This document shows positions 1 to 11,299 of a DNA stretch of 64,000 nucleotides, one piece after another; the stretch's first letter is position 1, and each line of letters opens with the position of its first letter. The stretch comes from Euglena gracilis. Taxonomy: Eukaryota. Where the stretch lies: assembly GCA_039621445.1 (NCBI GenBank), contig CP154954.1, forward strand, positions 22,022,954-22,086,953, in the 5' to 3' direction. Position numbers and translations under genes: made by a program. The notes beneath the pieces are model-generated. The model was given only the letters and a program-made list of their open reading frames with translations. It was not told the origin of the DNA and searched no databases.

Positions 1-37
1 GATAGCCCCCGTACGGGGAAAACGACAACGCGGCAGA

Positions 38-1552
38 ATGCCGGGCCCCCGCCGGGTCACGCGATCAGAATCCCCATCTCCTCTCTTTTTTCGAGAATGG
101 GATTATTCCAAAGATGATTTTTACAATGATATCGTACAAAGATTGCGTAATGGTGAATTGATTGAGAATTACACCTTATCGCCTTTACGTTTGATTTTTC
201 GGAATGATACCGGATACAAGTACTGCATACCCTGTGACTTGGTTGATGACGTACTTTTGTGTTATCACAACCAAGGTCACCCTGGGGCCCCCAAACTTCT
301 TTCTTTGGTGGGTCGCAGGTACTGTACAACCCTCACCGAAAAAGAATTGTACAAGCGCTGTTTACAAATTTCACAACGGTGCCAAATTTGTCAAGCTGTG
401 AAACCGCGCAGAGGTACCCCCCCTGGTACGATGGACTTCTTCCCCGTACCAAATGACATTTTTACATCCCTCTGCATGGATTTTCTGGAACTTGAACCTT
501 GCAAAGGAACAGATGACAAAATTTACGATTACGTTCTTGTTGTCGTCTGTCGGCTGAGTGGGTACATTGTAGCCATTCCATGCCAGAAAGCAGGGTTGAC
601 AGCACAAGTTTTGGCACAAATGTTTTTAGAAAGATGCATTTGCCTCATGGGTTTACCGAATGAAATCGTGAGTGATCAAGACCATTTGATTTCTTCTCGA
701 TTTTTTACAACTCTTTGCGGTTTACTCGGAATTGAGCAGCATTTTTCTATCATTTACCGACCAAAAGGTAATGGTCGCGCTGAAGCGGCAGTGAAAGCTG
801 TAGTCAATATGCTACGACTTTCACTGGCCGAATCGCACAATGCCTGGCTACAAGTATTACCCTGGTGTTTATTTTATATCAACACTTTACCGGGGTTAAT
901 ACTACAATACTCACCGTACAAGATCGTCTTCGGACGAGACCCCCCAGCCATCGGCGACATCCCGTCAGAACGACCCGCTCGTTCTAGCGTGAGTTGCGAA
1001 ACATGGTTCTCTGAAGTAGAATCATTGCGCACGGATGTGCAAAAGCGCGTAGTCGCTATACATTTACAAAAACAAAAACAATTCTTACAAGAATACAAAT
1101 CACCGATATACAACCCAGGTGACCGCGTGTGGGTTCGGAACAGTAGAACCCGCATGCAATCCACGAAGTTGGACCCCCTCTGGATCGGGCCATGTGAGAT
1201 CCTCGACCGGTTGGGTACAAGTGGGCGCTACAAAGTCGCTTTACCCAACGGGGTTGAGGATGTGCACATGGATGACTTCAAACCATACTTGACTCCACCG
1301 AACGGTAAAGCAATACCCTGTCTCTACTTCAAACCACGGTCAAAACTGCCTGAAACAGATGATTTTGTCGTCGACAAAATCCTCGACCACAAAGTGGACA
1401 GGGGTATACACTACTGGAAAGTACGATGGAAAGGGTATGGTCCCGAAGAGGACACTTGGGAACCTGCAACTAGTTTTGTTGGTTACATCCAACAAGACTG
1501 GAAACTATGGAACAAAAGAAACAACATTGACATTTCTGTAAACATCTTCTAA
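38..1552 (+). CDS. pol: 3' end of Ty3/Gypsy pol: integrase with C-terminal chromodomain (pol probably begins upstream of the window)
   Basis: Zn-binding motif YHNQGH...CQIC; DDE core (CMDF, IVSDQD, NGRAE); GPY/F-like WIGPCEIL; chromodomain [10 protein letters not shown]...[17 protein letters not shown]; no stops in frame. Confidence 0.95.
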   Translation: MPGPRRVTRSESPSPLFFREWDYSKDDFYNDIVQRLRNGELIENYTLSPLRLIFRNDTGYKYCIPCDLVDDVLLCYHNQGHPGAPKLLSLVGRRYCTTLTEKELYKRCLQISQRCQICQAVKPRRGTPPGTMDFFPVPNDIFTSLCMDFLELEPCKGTDDKIYDYVLVVVCRLSGYIVAIPCQKAGLTAQVLAQMFLERCICLMGLPNEIVSDQDHLISSRFFTTLCGLLGIEQHFSIIYRPKGNGRAEAAVKAVVNMLRLSLAESHNAWLQVLPWCLFYINTLPGLILQYSPYKIVFGRDPPAIGDIPSERPARSSVSCETWFSEVESLRTDVQKRVVAIHLQKQKQFLQEYKSPIYNPGDRVWVRNSRTRMQSTKLDPLWIGPCEILDRLGTSGRYKVALPNGVEDVHMDDFKPYLTPPNGKAIPCLYFKPRSKLPETDDFVVDKILDHKVDRGIHYWKVRWKGYGPEEDTWEPATSFVGYIQQDWKLWNKRNNIDISVNIF

Positions 1553-1601
1553 GGGATAATGTACAAATGTCCAAGATTTTGTCCATAGCCTGGACTTTTG
1601 A

Positions 1602-1647
1602 CAAAATGTATAATGGGCGGATGCCAAAATGTATAATGGGCGGATGC
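1602..1647 (+). repeat. 23-bp tandem duplication in the pol-ORF3 spacer
   Basis: caaaatgtataatgggcggatgc x2. Confidence 0.85.
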
Positions 1648-1872
1648 CAAACCATTTTGTCCCTAGCGAAGGACTTTTCGCTAAAGGACTACGGTCCTAT
1701 ACAAAGTACTTTTACACTTGGAGCTACAATTTTGATTTTACAATTATTGCAAACATACAATTATTTCTGTGTTTCTGTACACTTGGTTGCATGCGTACAA
1801 TGTTACCGTACAATGCCTTATTTCTCTGTTTCCCCACAGCTCAGTACTTGCTACTATCTGCTCTTTTTCAAG

Positions 1873-4800
1873 ATGGATGCTGGAGGAAGGGGACCTGGTC
1901 CCCCATCCTCCCAACCGTATGTTCCCCCTGGACAACCTCCTCCGGGAGGACCCCCTTACCCACAACCTCCTTCGGGAGGACGAGGACTTGTACTCCCTCG
2001 GGGAGAGCAAGTCCCCGGTCGGCATGTACAAGCTGCTTCGGCAGCAAGGCCCGTAGTGGCAACCCGTCCGTTACAAGCTGCTCCGGCAGCAAGACCCGTA
2101 GTGGCAAATCTCCCTGTGACTCAACATGCGGTTCCGCATGTTACCCCAGAACAAACTACACTTGGTGGCTTACAATCTCAACCTATGATTCCACAACAAA
2201 CGGAATCTGCCTATGAACAGTTTGCGGTGCCGCAACCGCGGCCCCCAAGGAGATACGATATGGCCAGTAGCAGTACCCAACGCGCTGCTTTTGCGGCTGC
2301 AGAGCAACAATATATACAATCGGAACAACGACAATGGGCTGAACAACTACGTAGTCACTATTACCCCGCACAACCGCCACAAGGGCAGTATGCCACACAA
2401 CCTCCACAAGGGCAGTATGCCACACAACCCCCACAAAGGCAGTATGCCGCTCCCGTGATGCCTCGGTTCCCCAAGTACATGGGTGAACTGACAACGGCTT
2501 CAACAGATACAATTCGGAACGCTCTGCGCATGTGCGCAGAGGACAGACCGGATCCCTTCATCCGAGTGATGTGGGATTCCTACTGCCGACAATTGCTTGC
2601 AATCGCCAACAAACCTATCGCCACCTGGGACATGTGGTCCCAGAGTACGATAGCTGGCAGAATTTTCTTCCAACCCGGAGAATCCGGATTTCCAGACAAT
2701 GTAACCCTCAGGGACCTGGGAGTCCTGGTCCCGCCTGTGCTCCGCGGAGTGCACCCAGTGGGTGCTTACGCGGAACACATGCGCCGCTATACTCCAGAAC
2801 TCACAGAAAGTGAGATGGGTGACGTACAAATGCAAGAACCAATATATTTACCAACACAACGGTTTTCTTCGCCCCCCGTCAGGCCGCCTGCCCGGAACTG
2901 GGAGGCTGGCACACAATCACAATACGCTATGGAGGCCGAAGAGCCATACGACGAACACTATCCTGAAGAACTGGCCGAAATGGCCGAATGTGACGAGTAT
3001 ACAACGGCAGAACCTGAGCCGGAGTATACCATGGAAACAGACGAACCACCACAACCCGTACAATCCGTACAACCCCAACCACCACAAGCTGTACAATCAC
3101 CGCAACCTGTACAATCTTCGCCAGAAACAGCCGCCGACAACCCCCAACCCCGCGTACCGCTGCCGGAACCGACAGCGATACGGGTTGTCGGAGAACACCC
3201 TCTGCATCCCGTAGTGGACAACATTCACTATGAACGAGTGCCACAATCTGGAGATTTTGCTTACACAACTCAGAACGAACAATACCTTCCACTCGACAAA
3301 ATTTACGAACTGGGATCCCATTTGGGAACCATCAACGTACAAGGAGTGATAACGGATGGAAGGGGACCAAACGCCAAAATTTTGGGTATTCCCACCTGGG
3401 CACTACCCCAAGTTTTACGTGTGAATGCACCCCCACATCCACCTGGTCCAACAGAACAACTCGCTTCTGCGTCGAACCTTGTGCCGCCAGTAGCTCAACC
3501 TACTCCGGCACCACAGACAACACCGGTACAAGCAGTTTCGACTGCACAATCGACTGCCACTCAGCCTGCCGCATCCGCAGCAGGTTCAAACCAACCTACA
3601 CCTATACAAAGAACAGGACCCCCTGCTCAAGCCGCGCAGTCGGCACGCGCAAAACCACCCGCACAATCTACAATTCCTGTACGGGTACCTCCTGTTACGA
3701 CCGCTCCACAACCTGTACCTTCACAACCGGCTTCGGCTGGACAGACACAACCACCTGTTGAACCGGGACAACCTTTCTCGGGTCAACCTCGGTTTCAGTC
3801 GCCAGCACAGCACGCTACTTACAAGGAAGCTCTACAACATTTAACAGCTCCAGCTAAACCCTACAACGTTGACGCACGCAAACGTCCGCGTGGACCGGAG
3901 TTTGCGACACCTCCACAAACACGTCCAACGCCCGACACACAACGTCGTCGTTTGGACGACAACCCACAAAGCGCGGACGCGCAACGAGATCGTCAGGACA
4001 ACGATGACCTGCCGATCCCGTCCAACGTACAACGATCTTTACAAGAAATCTATCATCTAATGCGTCCAGACAAGCCCTTCGACGACATCGCTGGACATTA
4101 CACCGCTGGTGTAACTGTTACAATGTGGAGAAAAACACGAGCATACCGAAAAGACGGTGCATACCGTTGGAACGAACAAGAGCGCGAAGCCGCAAAAGGA
4201 CAGAAAGGCCAGAAAGGCAAAGGAAAGAGCGAAGGCTCACCTGGTTACGACTTGGACGTACAATTTATGATTGACCATCTGTTCTGGATTTCAGACGGAT
4301 GTGATACAATTATGCACGAGTACTACGAGGGACAACACCCCTGGGTTGTTGCTCCCGAAGTACATCACAACATGGTCAAACTCTACAAGGAAAAAGCTCG
4401 TGGCTTTTTCTTCGACGGTACAATTTCCTGTTACGAAAGCCAGGATGGCATCGACAAATTGCCGGGTTTCTGGCAACTACTTTTCTGGCTTGGATTCCAT
4501 TGCCTGAACTTCGGTTCATTTGCAATGCCGGCCAGCAAAGCGCACTACTTGCCACATCCAAAGCTACAATACGGATGGGAATCATCCCTTGACGCACTGA
4601 AGACAATGTTCGACAATATCCGAGAAATCGGACCACAAGGCATACAATGGGAAGTATTCCCACTTCCAAAGGACATACAATTGGTCACACACGAAATGTT
4701 CTGTTACAATTACCAAATTTTCCTCAACGAACACTACGGCCCACACTTCCAAGTGGTCGGAATCGACCTGACATACCCACAAAAATTCGTGCTTTGGTGC

Positions 4801-7800
4801 ACCCACTGCCACCACAAGTTCCCCGTGGACTTCTGGGGCTTTGGCGTGCGCGGTCGGACAACCGACCGCCCAAATGCACAAAGGGCGCAGCCCCACCAAC
4901 GCGAATGGGCGGAGGCCCAACAACAACGAAGACTACTCGGACACATCTGCCACAATCCCCTCGAAGTCAGGGAAATCGGATACGCCAGACGAAACCACCG
5001 ACAAATGCTTCTGCATATGCAGACCTTCCAATGGAGAGCATGGGTGTCCTATGCTCTGGAAATCTACAACCTACTCAACCCAAAACAACCACTTCCACAG
5101 GAATACCTCCCTCTTCGACCTGCATGGGACGAAGAAGGAAAACGGAAGTACATCAAACGCCTGTTTGGCGAAACCCTCCGAAGAGAGGACTTTGCCCCAT
5201 TTTTCAAGGGGAAACGTACAAATAAGGATGGGTTGGCCATCCCGATACTGGACTGGCTTCCTCGCGGATTGGGAGGAAACAGATTTGTCGGATGGCAAAA
5301 CTTCCGTCTGCGACCACGTATAAGACTTCCTGAACCTGAACCTGAACCCCAGCCGGCGGAGTCCGAAGCAGCGCAGTCTGCAATTGAACAACCTATAATG
5401 GCTGCATCATCTACAACAACAACAACGAAGACAGCAGCGAAGCCTGCAACTAAACGTTCCGAAGAACGTTTACCTCCACCTTCACCTTCACCTTCACCTG
5501 CTCCTACAATGCCGGTGGAACATACACCCGTACACTCTTCGGACTCTTCATCCGTTTCCTCTTCTGGATCATCCGGCGATGAGGAAATGGAAGAAGGGAC
5601 AGACAATGAACACAGTACACGCTCCGTCTCCTCCGCATCTGTGGATTCTGAAAGCGGAGAAGGTAGCGTACAACAGGCTCTAAGGGCCGAAGTGCCACCC
5701 ACAACGCCTGTTCAGCAACGACCACAAACACCATTACCAGAAACAGAACCGGAGACACCTACGGAACCTCCAACGGCCGGACGGCCTACAACTCCCACAA
5801 TGGCCGAAATGCCTTCCGAAACCACGACAGCCCCTGTACCTTCGTCAGACACGGTTCCTTCCGTCTGGGCAAATGCGCCAGTCGTAAGAGAAATCACTGA
5901 CGAAGAACTGGCACAAAGATGGACAGACCCGAACGACTTTATACTTATACCACCCGAAGTCGGACGAGCCGCCGGACGCGTCCTCGGAAGCGTCCGAAGT
6001 GGCGTAGCCTCGATGGTTGCAATGGTGCGATCGAGGTCTTCTTCTTTGACGCGAAGTCCCCGCGACACGGGACTTGGCGAAGCAACCACACAAGAAGCTC
6101 CGGCTTCGACAACAACACTGGCCGCAGACGCGGTTGATGTCCAAACACCCGAAGCGGTGACAACAACCGAATCGACTACGGTCGAACAAACGCCAGCACA
6201 TGACACAACACCCGTAGTGGTACACACACCTGAACAGGTGGTACCGACGGCTGCTGACGTACCATCTAATACCACTACTACTACCACACCAACAGCCAAA
6301 CCTGCTCCAAAATCGCCTGCAGAACGCCCTCTTCCGCCGCAGCGGAAAGAGAAAGGCAGTAAGTCCAAAGCCAAACCTCAGCTTGCAGAACCATGCAAAC
6401 CGGCTGAGCGACACAACGAGCCAAAACCACCACCGCCTGGGAGTGGTAGCAAATCAGGAAAGAAGGCAAAAACCTCAGCCGCTACCACACCAGCCCCGAC
6501 ATATACCGAAGTGGCCGGGAAAAGCCGGGTCACTTCTACCATTCGAGGCAGAACGCGACAAGATACAACGTCGGAGACCTCACAAGATGACAACATGCCG
6601 GTTGATGATAATGCCACACTTTGGCAAGAAGACATTATCTCCAACCTGCCGAGCGTCGGAGAACGCATTGTCAACATACAATTAACACGCGAACGCGGAC
6701 AACTGTTGAACAAGTGGATTCAACCGCTTTTCTTCAACGAAGAGAGGTACAATTACTATGTTCGACATATTTGGCGATTCTACAATGCCAGATCACCAAG
6801 AGTGTTTGCCCAATACCTTGGGGAGACATTCCTGTTTGACAATCGGCCGAATGGCCAAACAACCTGGCTCTGTACAGTCTGTCACAACATCCGTAACAGC
6901 ATGCCCGCTGTGCATGTCTGTTATGCAGACAACAAACGGAAGAACTTTCACCACAATGAATTCGTGCCAAACACAGCCGCCCTGATTTGTGGTGATTGTA
7001 TGCTTGCCTGGAGAAAACTGAACAACTTCCGGTGGTCGGAAGAGGACAGAGACCGTGACGTACCAGTTTTCTGTGTCAACTGCCTACGGGCAGACATATG
7101 GTTGCCCGCAGATGGCGGAAATCTCAAGATCGTACCCGGAAACGAGGAAGGTCTTGAAGATTTCCTGAACTACTACAAATCGAAACGACAAATGTACCAA
7201 TTCAAAAGTTTCAAGAAAGCTGATGCTTTTGAGCGCGGCGGAATCGCCTTTGACTTCCAAACTGATTCCGGCGGAATCAGACTGGCTGTGGAATGTACAA
7301 AAGGGCGATTGCCCCTGCTGTTCAATGATGACGACTGGAAACGCGTCATCTACCCACTGTTTACAAAGCCTTCGAAGGTTTCTGAAACCACACAACGTTG
7401 GTTACTCCCTGAGTACCCACCAGAACGACATGGATACGAACACTATTCAGAATGGGTTGGCTCCATTCTGAAACCCCATATAACCCGTTGTGCCTGTGCA
7501 TCCCGCGTGCATAACGTTGATTTCAACGCTATGCCTGGCATGCCACCACAGGTACCAGCAAATCATCCAAGATGGAACTACTACATTTGGCCTGCAACTT
7601 TTCCGAGAGTTTTCTGGGAAAACTTGCAAATTTACCTCCACAAGCGAGCTGAAACGATCAGAACAGAACTTCCCAAGGAGATACAAGAAGTCAAAAGTTG
7701 GGTTATCCCCAGGATTGACATGGATAATCCTGACAAGGATACCCTGGACCTACGTCCAACCGAAATGACCTTGGTACAAGACCCACACATGGGTGAGTAC

Positions 7801-7824
7801 TTCAAGGAAACCCACAAACGTTGA
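1873..7824 (+). CDS. Large additional ORF (ORF3, ~1983 aa) between integrase and 3' LTR; Pro/Gln/Thr/Ser low-complexity tracts plus two globular Cys/His-containing regions; function unknown
   Basis: Frame is open from 1567 to 7824. The likely start MDAGG at 1873 follows pyrimidine-rich AG acceptors. Motifs WCTHCHHK...HIC and a C-terminal CTVC...HVC...CGDC...CVNC. Confidence 0.85.
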   Translation: MDAGGRGPGPPSSQPYVPPGQPPPGGPPYPQPPSGGRGLVLPRGEQVPGRHVQAASAARPVVATRPLQAAPAARPVVANLPVTQHAVPHVTPEQTTLGGLQSQPMIPQQTESAYEQFAVPQPRPPRRYDMASSSTQRAAFAAAEQQYIQSEQRQWAEQLRSHYYPAQPPQGQYATQPPQGQYATQPPQRQYAAPVMPRFPKYMGELTTASTDTIRNALRMCAEDRPDPFIRVMWDSYCRQLLAIANKPIATWDMWSQSTIAGRIFFQPGESGFPDNVTLRDLGVLVPPVLRGVHPVGAYAEHMRRYTPELTESEMGDVQMQEPIYLPTQRFSSPPVRPPARNWEAGTQSQYAMEAEEPYDEHYPEELAEMAECDEYTTAEPEPEYTMETDEPPQPVQSVQPQPPQAVQSPQPVQSSPETAADNPQPRVPLPEPTAIRVVGEHPLHPVVDNIHYERVPQSGDFAYTTQNEQYLPLDKIYELGSHLGTINVQGVITDGRGPNAKILGIPTWALPQVLRVNAPPHPPGPTEQLASASNLVPPVAQPTPAPQTTPVQAVSTAQSTATQPAASAAGSNQPTPIQRTGPPAQAAQSARAKPPAQSTIPVRVPPVTTAPQPVPSQPASAGQTQPPVEPGQPFSGQPRFQSPAQHATYKEALQHLTAPAKPYNVDARKRPRGPEFATPPQTRPTPDTQRRRLDDNPQSADAQRDRQDNDDLPIPSNVQRSLQEIYHLMRPDKPFDDIAGHYTAGVTVTMWRKTRAYRKDGAYRWNEQEREAAKGQKGQKGKGKSEGSPGYDLDVQFMIDHLFWISDGCDTIMHEYYEGQHPWVVAPEVHHNMVKLYKEKARGFFFDGTISCYESQDGIDKLPGFWQLLFWLGFHCLNFGSFAMPASKAHYLPHPKLQYGWESSLDALKTMFDNIREIGPQGIQWEVFPLPKDIQLVTHEMFCYNYQIFLNEHYGPHFQVVGIDLTYPQKFVLWCTHCHHKFPVDFWGFGVRGRTTDRPNAQRAQPHQREWAEAQQQRRLLGHICHNPLEVREIGYARRNHRQMLLHMQTFQWRAWVSYALEIYNLLNPKQPLPQEYLPLRPAWDEEGKRKYIKRLFGETLRREDFAPFFKGKRTNKDGLAIPILDWLPRGLGGNRFVGWQNFRLRPRIRLPEPEPEPQPAESEAAQSAIEQPIMAASSTTTTTKTAAKPATKRSEERLPPPSPSPSPAPTMPVEHTPVHSSDSSSVSSSGSSGDEEMEEGTDNEHSTRSVSSASVDSESGEGSVQQALRAEVPPTTPVQQRPQTPLPETEPETPTEPPTAGRPTTPTMAEMPSETTTAPVPSSDTVPSVWANAPVVREITDEELAQRWTDPNDFILIPPEVGRAAGRVLGSVRSGVASMVAMVRSRSSSLTRSPRDTGLGEATTQEAPASTTTLAADAVDVQTPEAVTTTESTTVEQTPAHDTTPVVVHTPEQVVPTAADVPSNTTTTTTPTAKPAPKSPAERPLPPQRKEKGSKSKAKPQLAEPCKPAERHNEPKPPPPGSGSKSGKKAKTSAATTPAPTYTEVAGKSRVTSTIRGRTRQDTTSETSQDDNMPVDDNATLWQEDIISNLPSVGERIVNIQLTRERGQLLNKWIQPLFFNEERYNYYVRHIWRFYNARSPRVFAQYLGETFLFDNRPNGQTTWLCTVCHNIRNSMPAVHVCYADNKRKNFHHNEFVPNTAALICGDCMLAWRKLNNFRWSEEDRDRDVPVFCVNCLRADIWLPADGGNLKIVPGNEEGLEDFLNYYKSKRQMYQFKSFKKADAFERGGIAFDFQTDSGGIRLAVECTKGRLPLLFNDDDWKRVIYPLFTKPSKVSETTQRWLLPEYPPERHGYEHYSEWVGSILKPHITRCACASRVHNVDFNAMPGMPPQVPANHPRWNYYIWPATFPRVFWENLQIYLHKRAETIRTELPKEIQEVKSWVIPRIDMDNPDKDTLDLRPTEMTLVQDPHMGEYFKETHKR

Positions 7825-8197
7825 GGGTTTCCTGTCTCGTACAATCAGCTTCGGCTGAAATGGGCGTAGTCCCAAACAATGAGCGAAGTCTCGAGCGTGT
7901 ATACGCATTTCATCATCGCCTTCAACGCCGTCCCAAGACACAATGGCGGAATCGCCTTAAGTTCGGTGGATAACATGTTGATCGCGAAGATTCAAGACCA
8001 CAAGGACACTACGGTGTCAAGTAAGAAGACGCACAAAGCACAGCATGCGCGTCAGAATTCTTTTGCGCTTTGTGCTCCAAACAAGGTAACCACAATTGGG
8101 AACCAGACCATGGTATCCTGGTACTGTCTCCCTGAACCTGGGACTGTGCCTGGCATCCCGACTGGCCTGGTCCAGAAGGGAAATCGGGCAGAGCCCT

Positions 8198-8207
8198 GGG
8201 AGGGGGA
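8198..8207 (+). promoter_or_regulatory. Polypurine tract (PPT)
   Basis: gggaggggga directly before the LTR start tgtgtacc. Confidence 0.85.
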
Positions 8208-8640
8208 TGTGTACCAGGCAGCCATTCTGCCATGGCACTGTGTACCAGATACAAGGGGCTACGGCCTACAACCTGGCTACGGCCGGGCCGTACACAGTGG
8301 CATGGTTAAAACCATAAGACAAAGAGAGAATCTCAGAGCTAGCGAAAGCTTAGCGAAAGTAACTGGTTCCTAATTCAAGGTTACAGGGTTTGGTGCTTTG
8401 CAATTCTGTTTTAGAATTCTGAGGGCGAAGTCCCATTTGAATAGAAGTTTTCTTTCTTTCTTTTACAAAGCTCGAAAGAGCAAAAGTCACAATCATATAA
8501 GGGACTGCGGTCCCACCAATTCTTCTGCTTGTGTGCTTTGCATTCAAAAGGGGAAAAGGGAAGCAAATTTTATTGTTACTCCCCCCACGTGCTTTTCAGG
8601 GGAATACCTTAAATAGAAAAGCCGGGGTGGGACGTACACT
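8208..8640 (+). mobile_element. 3' LTR of the chromodomain-Gypsy element (same family as the array LTRs, slightly diverged)
   Basis: TGTGTACC...GTACACT; colinear with the eight LTRs downstream; preceded by a PPT and not followed by a PBS. Confidence 0.92.
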
Positions 8641-8860
8641 AAGCCCCCCCACCTCTTTCCTCCGACAAGCATGGGGAAAGAGTCTTTGAACAGAAAATCT
8701 GAAAAACGATTCCAAACGAAACAAACTCTGGGCACTCCACCCCAAGGCCTAAGTCCCACGCTGCCCCCTTGGTTAAAATTCTTTCCTTTTTGCAGCTTTC
8801 ATTGTGTGAGACTTCATTTGTCCATTTTTTAAAAGAAAAATCAGGGTTTTTTGGGTGAAA

Positions 8861-9410
8861 ATCAAGCGCGTTGAATTGTGCTCACCTGCATCGACGTGGG
8901 TGTTGCGGTGTTCTGAACCTCACAATTGAAAATTTCATTTGTCTCCCCAAGCAAAAATGTGTATACCCGATATCAATTTTTCCGCAATTTCCGCAATTTT
9001 TCCGCAATTTTCCGCAATTTCCACAATTTTCCGCAATTTTCCGCAAATTTTCCGCAGTTTTTCCGCAATTTCCGCAATTTCTCACCATTTTTTTGAAGAA
9101 TTTTTTCCCCACCACCGAAGATGGAAGATGCAATGAGTTCAAGCCACTCTTCAAATGGATCAACAGGTGTGCTATTGTGTTCTGTTGTCCCCCCCAGTTT
9201 ACCAATTTTTTTCACAGGTGCACCACTGGTCACAGGATTGGGTGCGTCCCACCTGTGCAAAGAACATCAAGCGCGTTGATTTGTGCTCGCCTGCATCGAC
9301 GTGGGTGTTGCGGTGTTCTGAACCTCACAATTGAAAATTTCATATGTCTCCCCAAGCAAAAATTGTTTATACCCGATATCAATTTTTCCGCAATTTCCGC
9401 AATTTTTCCG
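8861..9410 (+). repeat. ~140-bp direct repeat pair (8861-~9003 and 9266-~9410) with an expanded (ttccgcaatt)n microsatellite
   Basis: atcaagcgcgttga...cctgcatcgacgtgggtgttgcggtg...cccgatatcaatttttccgcaa occurs twice; ttccgcaatt units at ~8980-9080. Confidence 0.8.
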
Positions 9411-9849
9411 ATATCAATTTCCCCCCCCTGCCTTAAGAAAAGGAGTGACCCCCCCCGGGGTCGGTAAGCAATTGTGCGGTCCCCCCCCCCCGCGGGCCAG
9501 GACGGGGGGACATCGCCCCAGGTGAACAGTGAGCAAAGCGCCGGGCCGAATTTTTTTGACCCCCCCCCAAAAGTTCCATTTTGGGCACTTTTTTTGGGCA
9601 AAAATGCAAAAAATTTTCGGCGCGAAACGTTGGAGGACAAGATTGACGCTTTTTGGGGGGGGTAGGGTCTGTCCGGACCCCCCTTGCACGTGGGGGGTAG
9701 TGGTCCGGACCTAACCCATGCACGCCCTCCCAATATCGAACCCTTGCTGTGCTCTTCAACCACGGGAAAAAAAAGGACACCTCGGGCTCCGCACTTTGCC
9801 CTTGTGAGGCCATGCCTTGTTCGCCGGCGAAAAAAGGCACAAGGTCTTG

Positions 9850-11299
9850 CCTTCAGGTCTATTTTTGCAGCCCAGTGGCCTTTTTCCAAAACTGGAAAAA
9901 TGTGCTGGATATGATCCAGCTTGAAGGGTTTTACTTGAAACTGCTGATTTAATTCTCTGCAGTCGCTGATCATTCTCCATTTGGTTGTTCCCCCTTCTGG
10001 TTTCGAAATTAGAAACCATGGGATTAAATGCTGGGTTTCTGAATCCCAAACTCGTTTTATTGACCCAGTTTTTTCGTAATCCAGCAGGATTTTTTCTGCC
10101 TGGTTCAGGTCCAGGTTGGCTCTGGGTTTTGGGTGGGTGGACAATTTTGGGGGATTTACCCAGGGGGGTTGGATTCCACTCTTGATCAATTGACATGTTG
10201 CCTGGGGGGCATGTTTTGACCACCATTTTAGACTTTTGTGAAGTCTTTGGTACAGGGGGGTATCTTCCCATTTTTCCTCCATGGAATTTATTTTCCCAAT
10301 TAGATGATTTTCTGGGTGCTGGGTGGGGGGTGTTGGACATTGCACCCCTGGTGTGAATTGAGCATTCTGCAAAGGTGTTTGGGGGGGTGTGCATGCTCTG
10401 CTCACAAACTCTTTGATCCTCCACTTTGTTGTTGGTGTTGTCAATTGACATACCATAGGGGCCCCTTTTTGGGTCTCCCCCTTGTTTTGACTTGCCCCTG
10501 CCATGGGCACTGAAGAATGAACTTGAGGGGGGGTGGCCCCCTTGTCCTCCATGGCCCCTTCTGGGGCATCCTCCTGAGCCTGCTTGAATAAAATATTGAA
10601 ATCCCCTGCTGGGGGACAGCTTTTTAGCTTCTGGGGGTTCTCCCCTTCTGATATTCGATGGCCCCAGTGGCCTTGATGATAATTCTGGCCCCACTGGCCC
10701 TCTGGAAATTTTGATAGTCTCCATTGACTTCTCTCTGATCTTGGGCGCCATGCCCATTGAAAATCTTGGGGGGCCTCTGTGGGCCATTCCTTTTCCCCTG
10801 ATGGGGTTTGTGATGAAGAAATGGTTGGGGGGGTGTTGTGGACCTGTCCTGCCCCTGCCACTGGGCATTTGTTTGTGGAATCGGCCACCCTGGCCTTGGT
10901 ATTGTTGGCCACACTGGCCTTTGTTCCATCGGCCACCATGGCCATTGCTGTTTTGGCCGCCCTGGCCCAGCTTGCTGTTGTGGCCGCCCTGGCCCAGCTT
11001 GAACACGGTATTGGTGTAACTGGCATAATGTTGGCCCCAATGGCCCTGGATCCAATGGCCATAGTGGCCCGCTGGTCGTTGCTTCTGCCCCTTTCGAGGT
11101 CTTCTGACCACTGTCTGCCAGGGTCCGTGGCCATCACTTTGGGGGGTTTGAGTTCTGGAAATTTCTGTGGGGGAAATTTCTTTTGGGGAAGGGGCAGCCA
11201 CGGCTCGCCACAGTTAAACCGCGTCGTCAGGTTGTCCAGCTTCTGCTGCTGCTGCTGCCCCTTGAAGTTCTCCAGCGCTGTGCTTCTTTGAAGTTGCAT
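9850..11299 (-). mobile_element. Truncated DIRS-like (tyrosine-recombinase class) retrotransposon: overlapping gag-like ORF and N-terminal part of RT
   Basis: WFLISKPEGGTTKWRMISDCRELNQQFQVKPFKLDH...AAKIDLK resembles the DIRS RT N-terminus and breaks before the expected DAY motif; overlapping Gly/Gln/Lys-rich ORF 9756-11201 in another frame. Confidence 0.7.

Noticed and set aside
1567-1872. N-terminal 102 aa of the 2085-aa ORF as a signal/TM region (env-like protein)
   Set aside because: It translates a T-rich spacer containing a tandem duplication and acceptor-like tracts; ATG 1873 is the more plausible start, and no TM anchor is evident downstream
9230-9849. C-terminal extension of the 689-aa minus-strand ORF
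   Set aside because: Read-through past the RT breakpoint into unrelated repeat DNA
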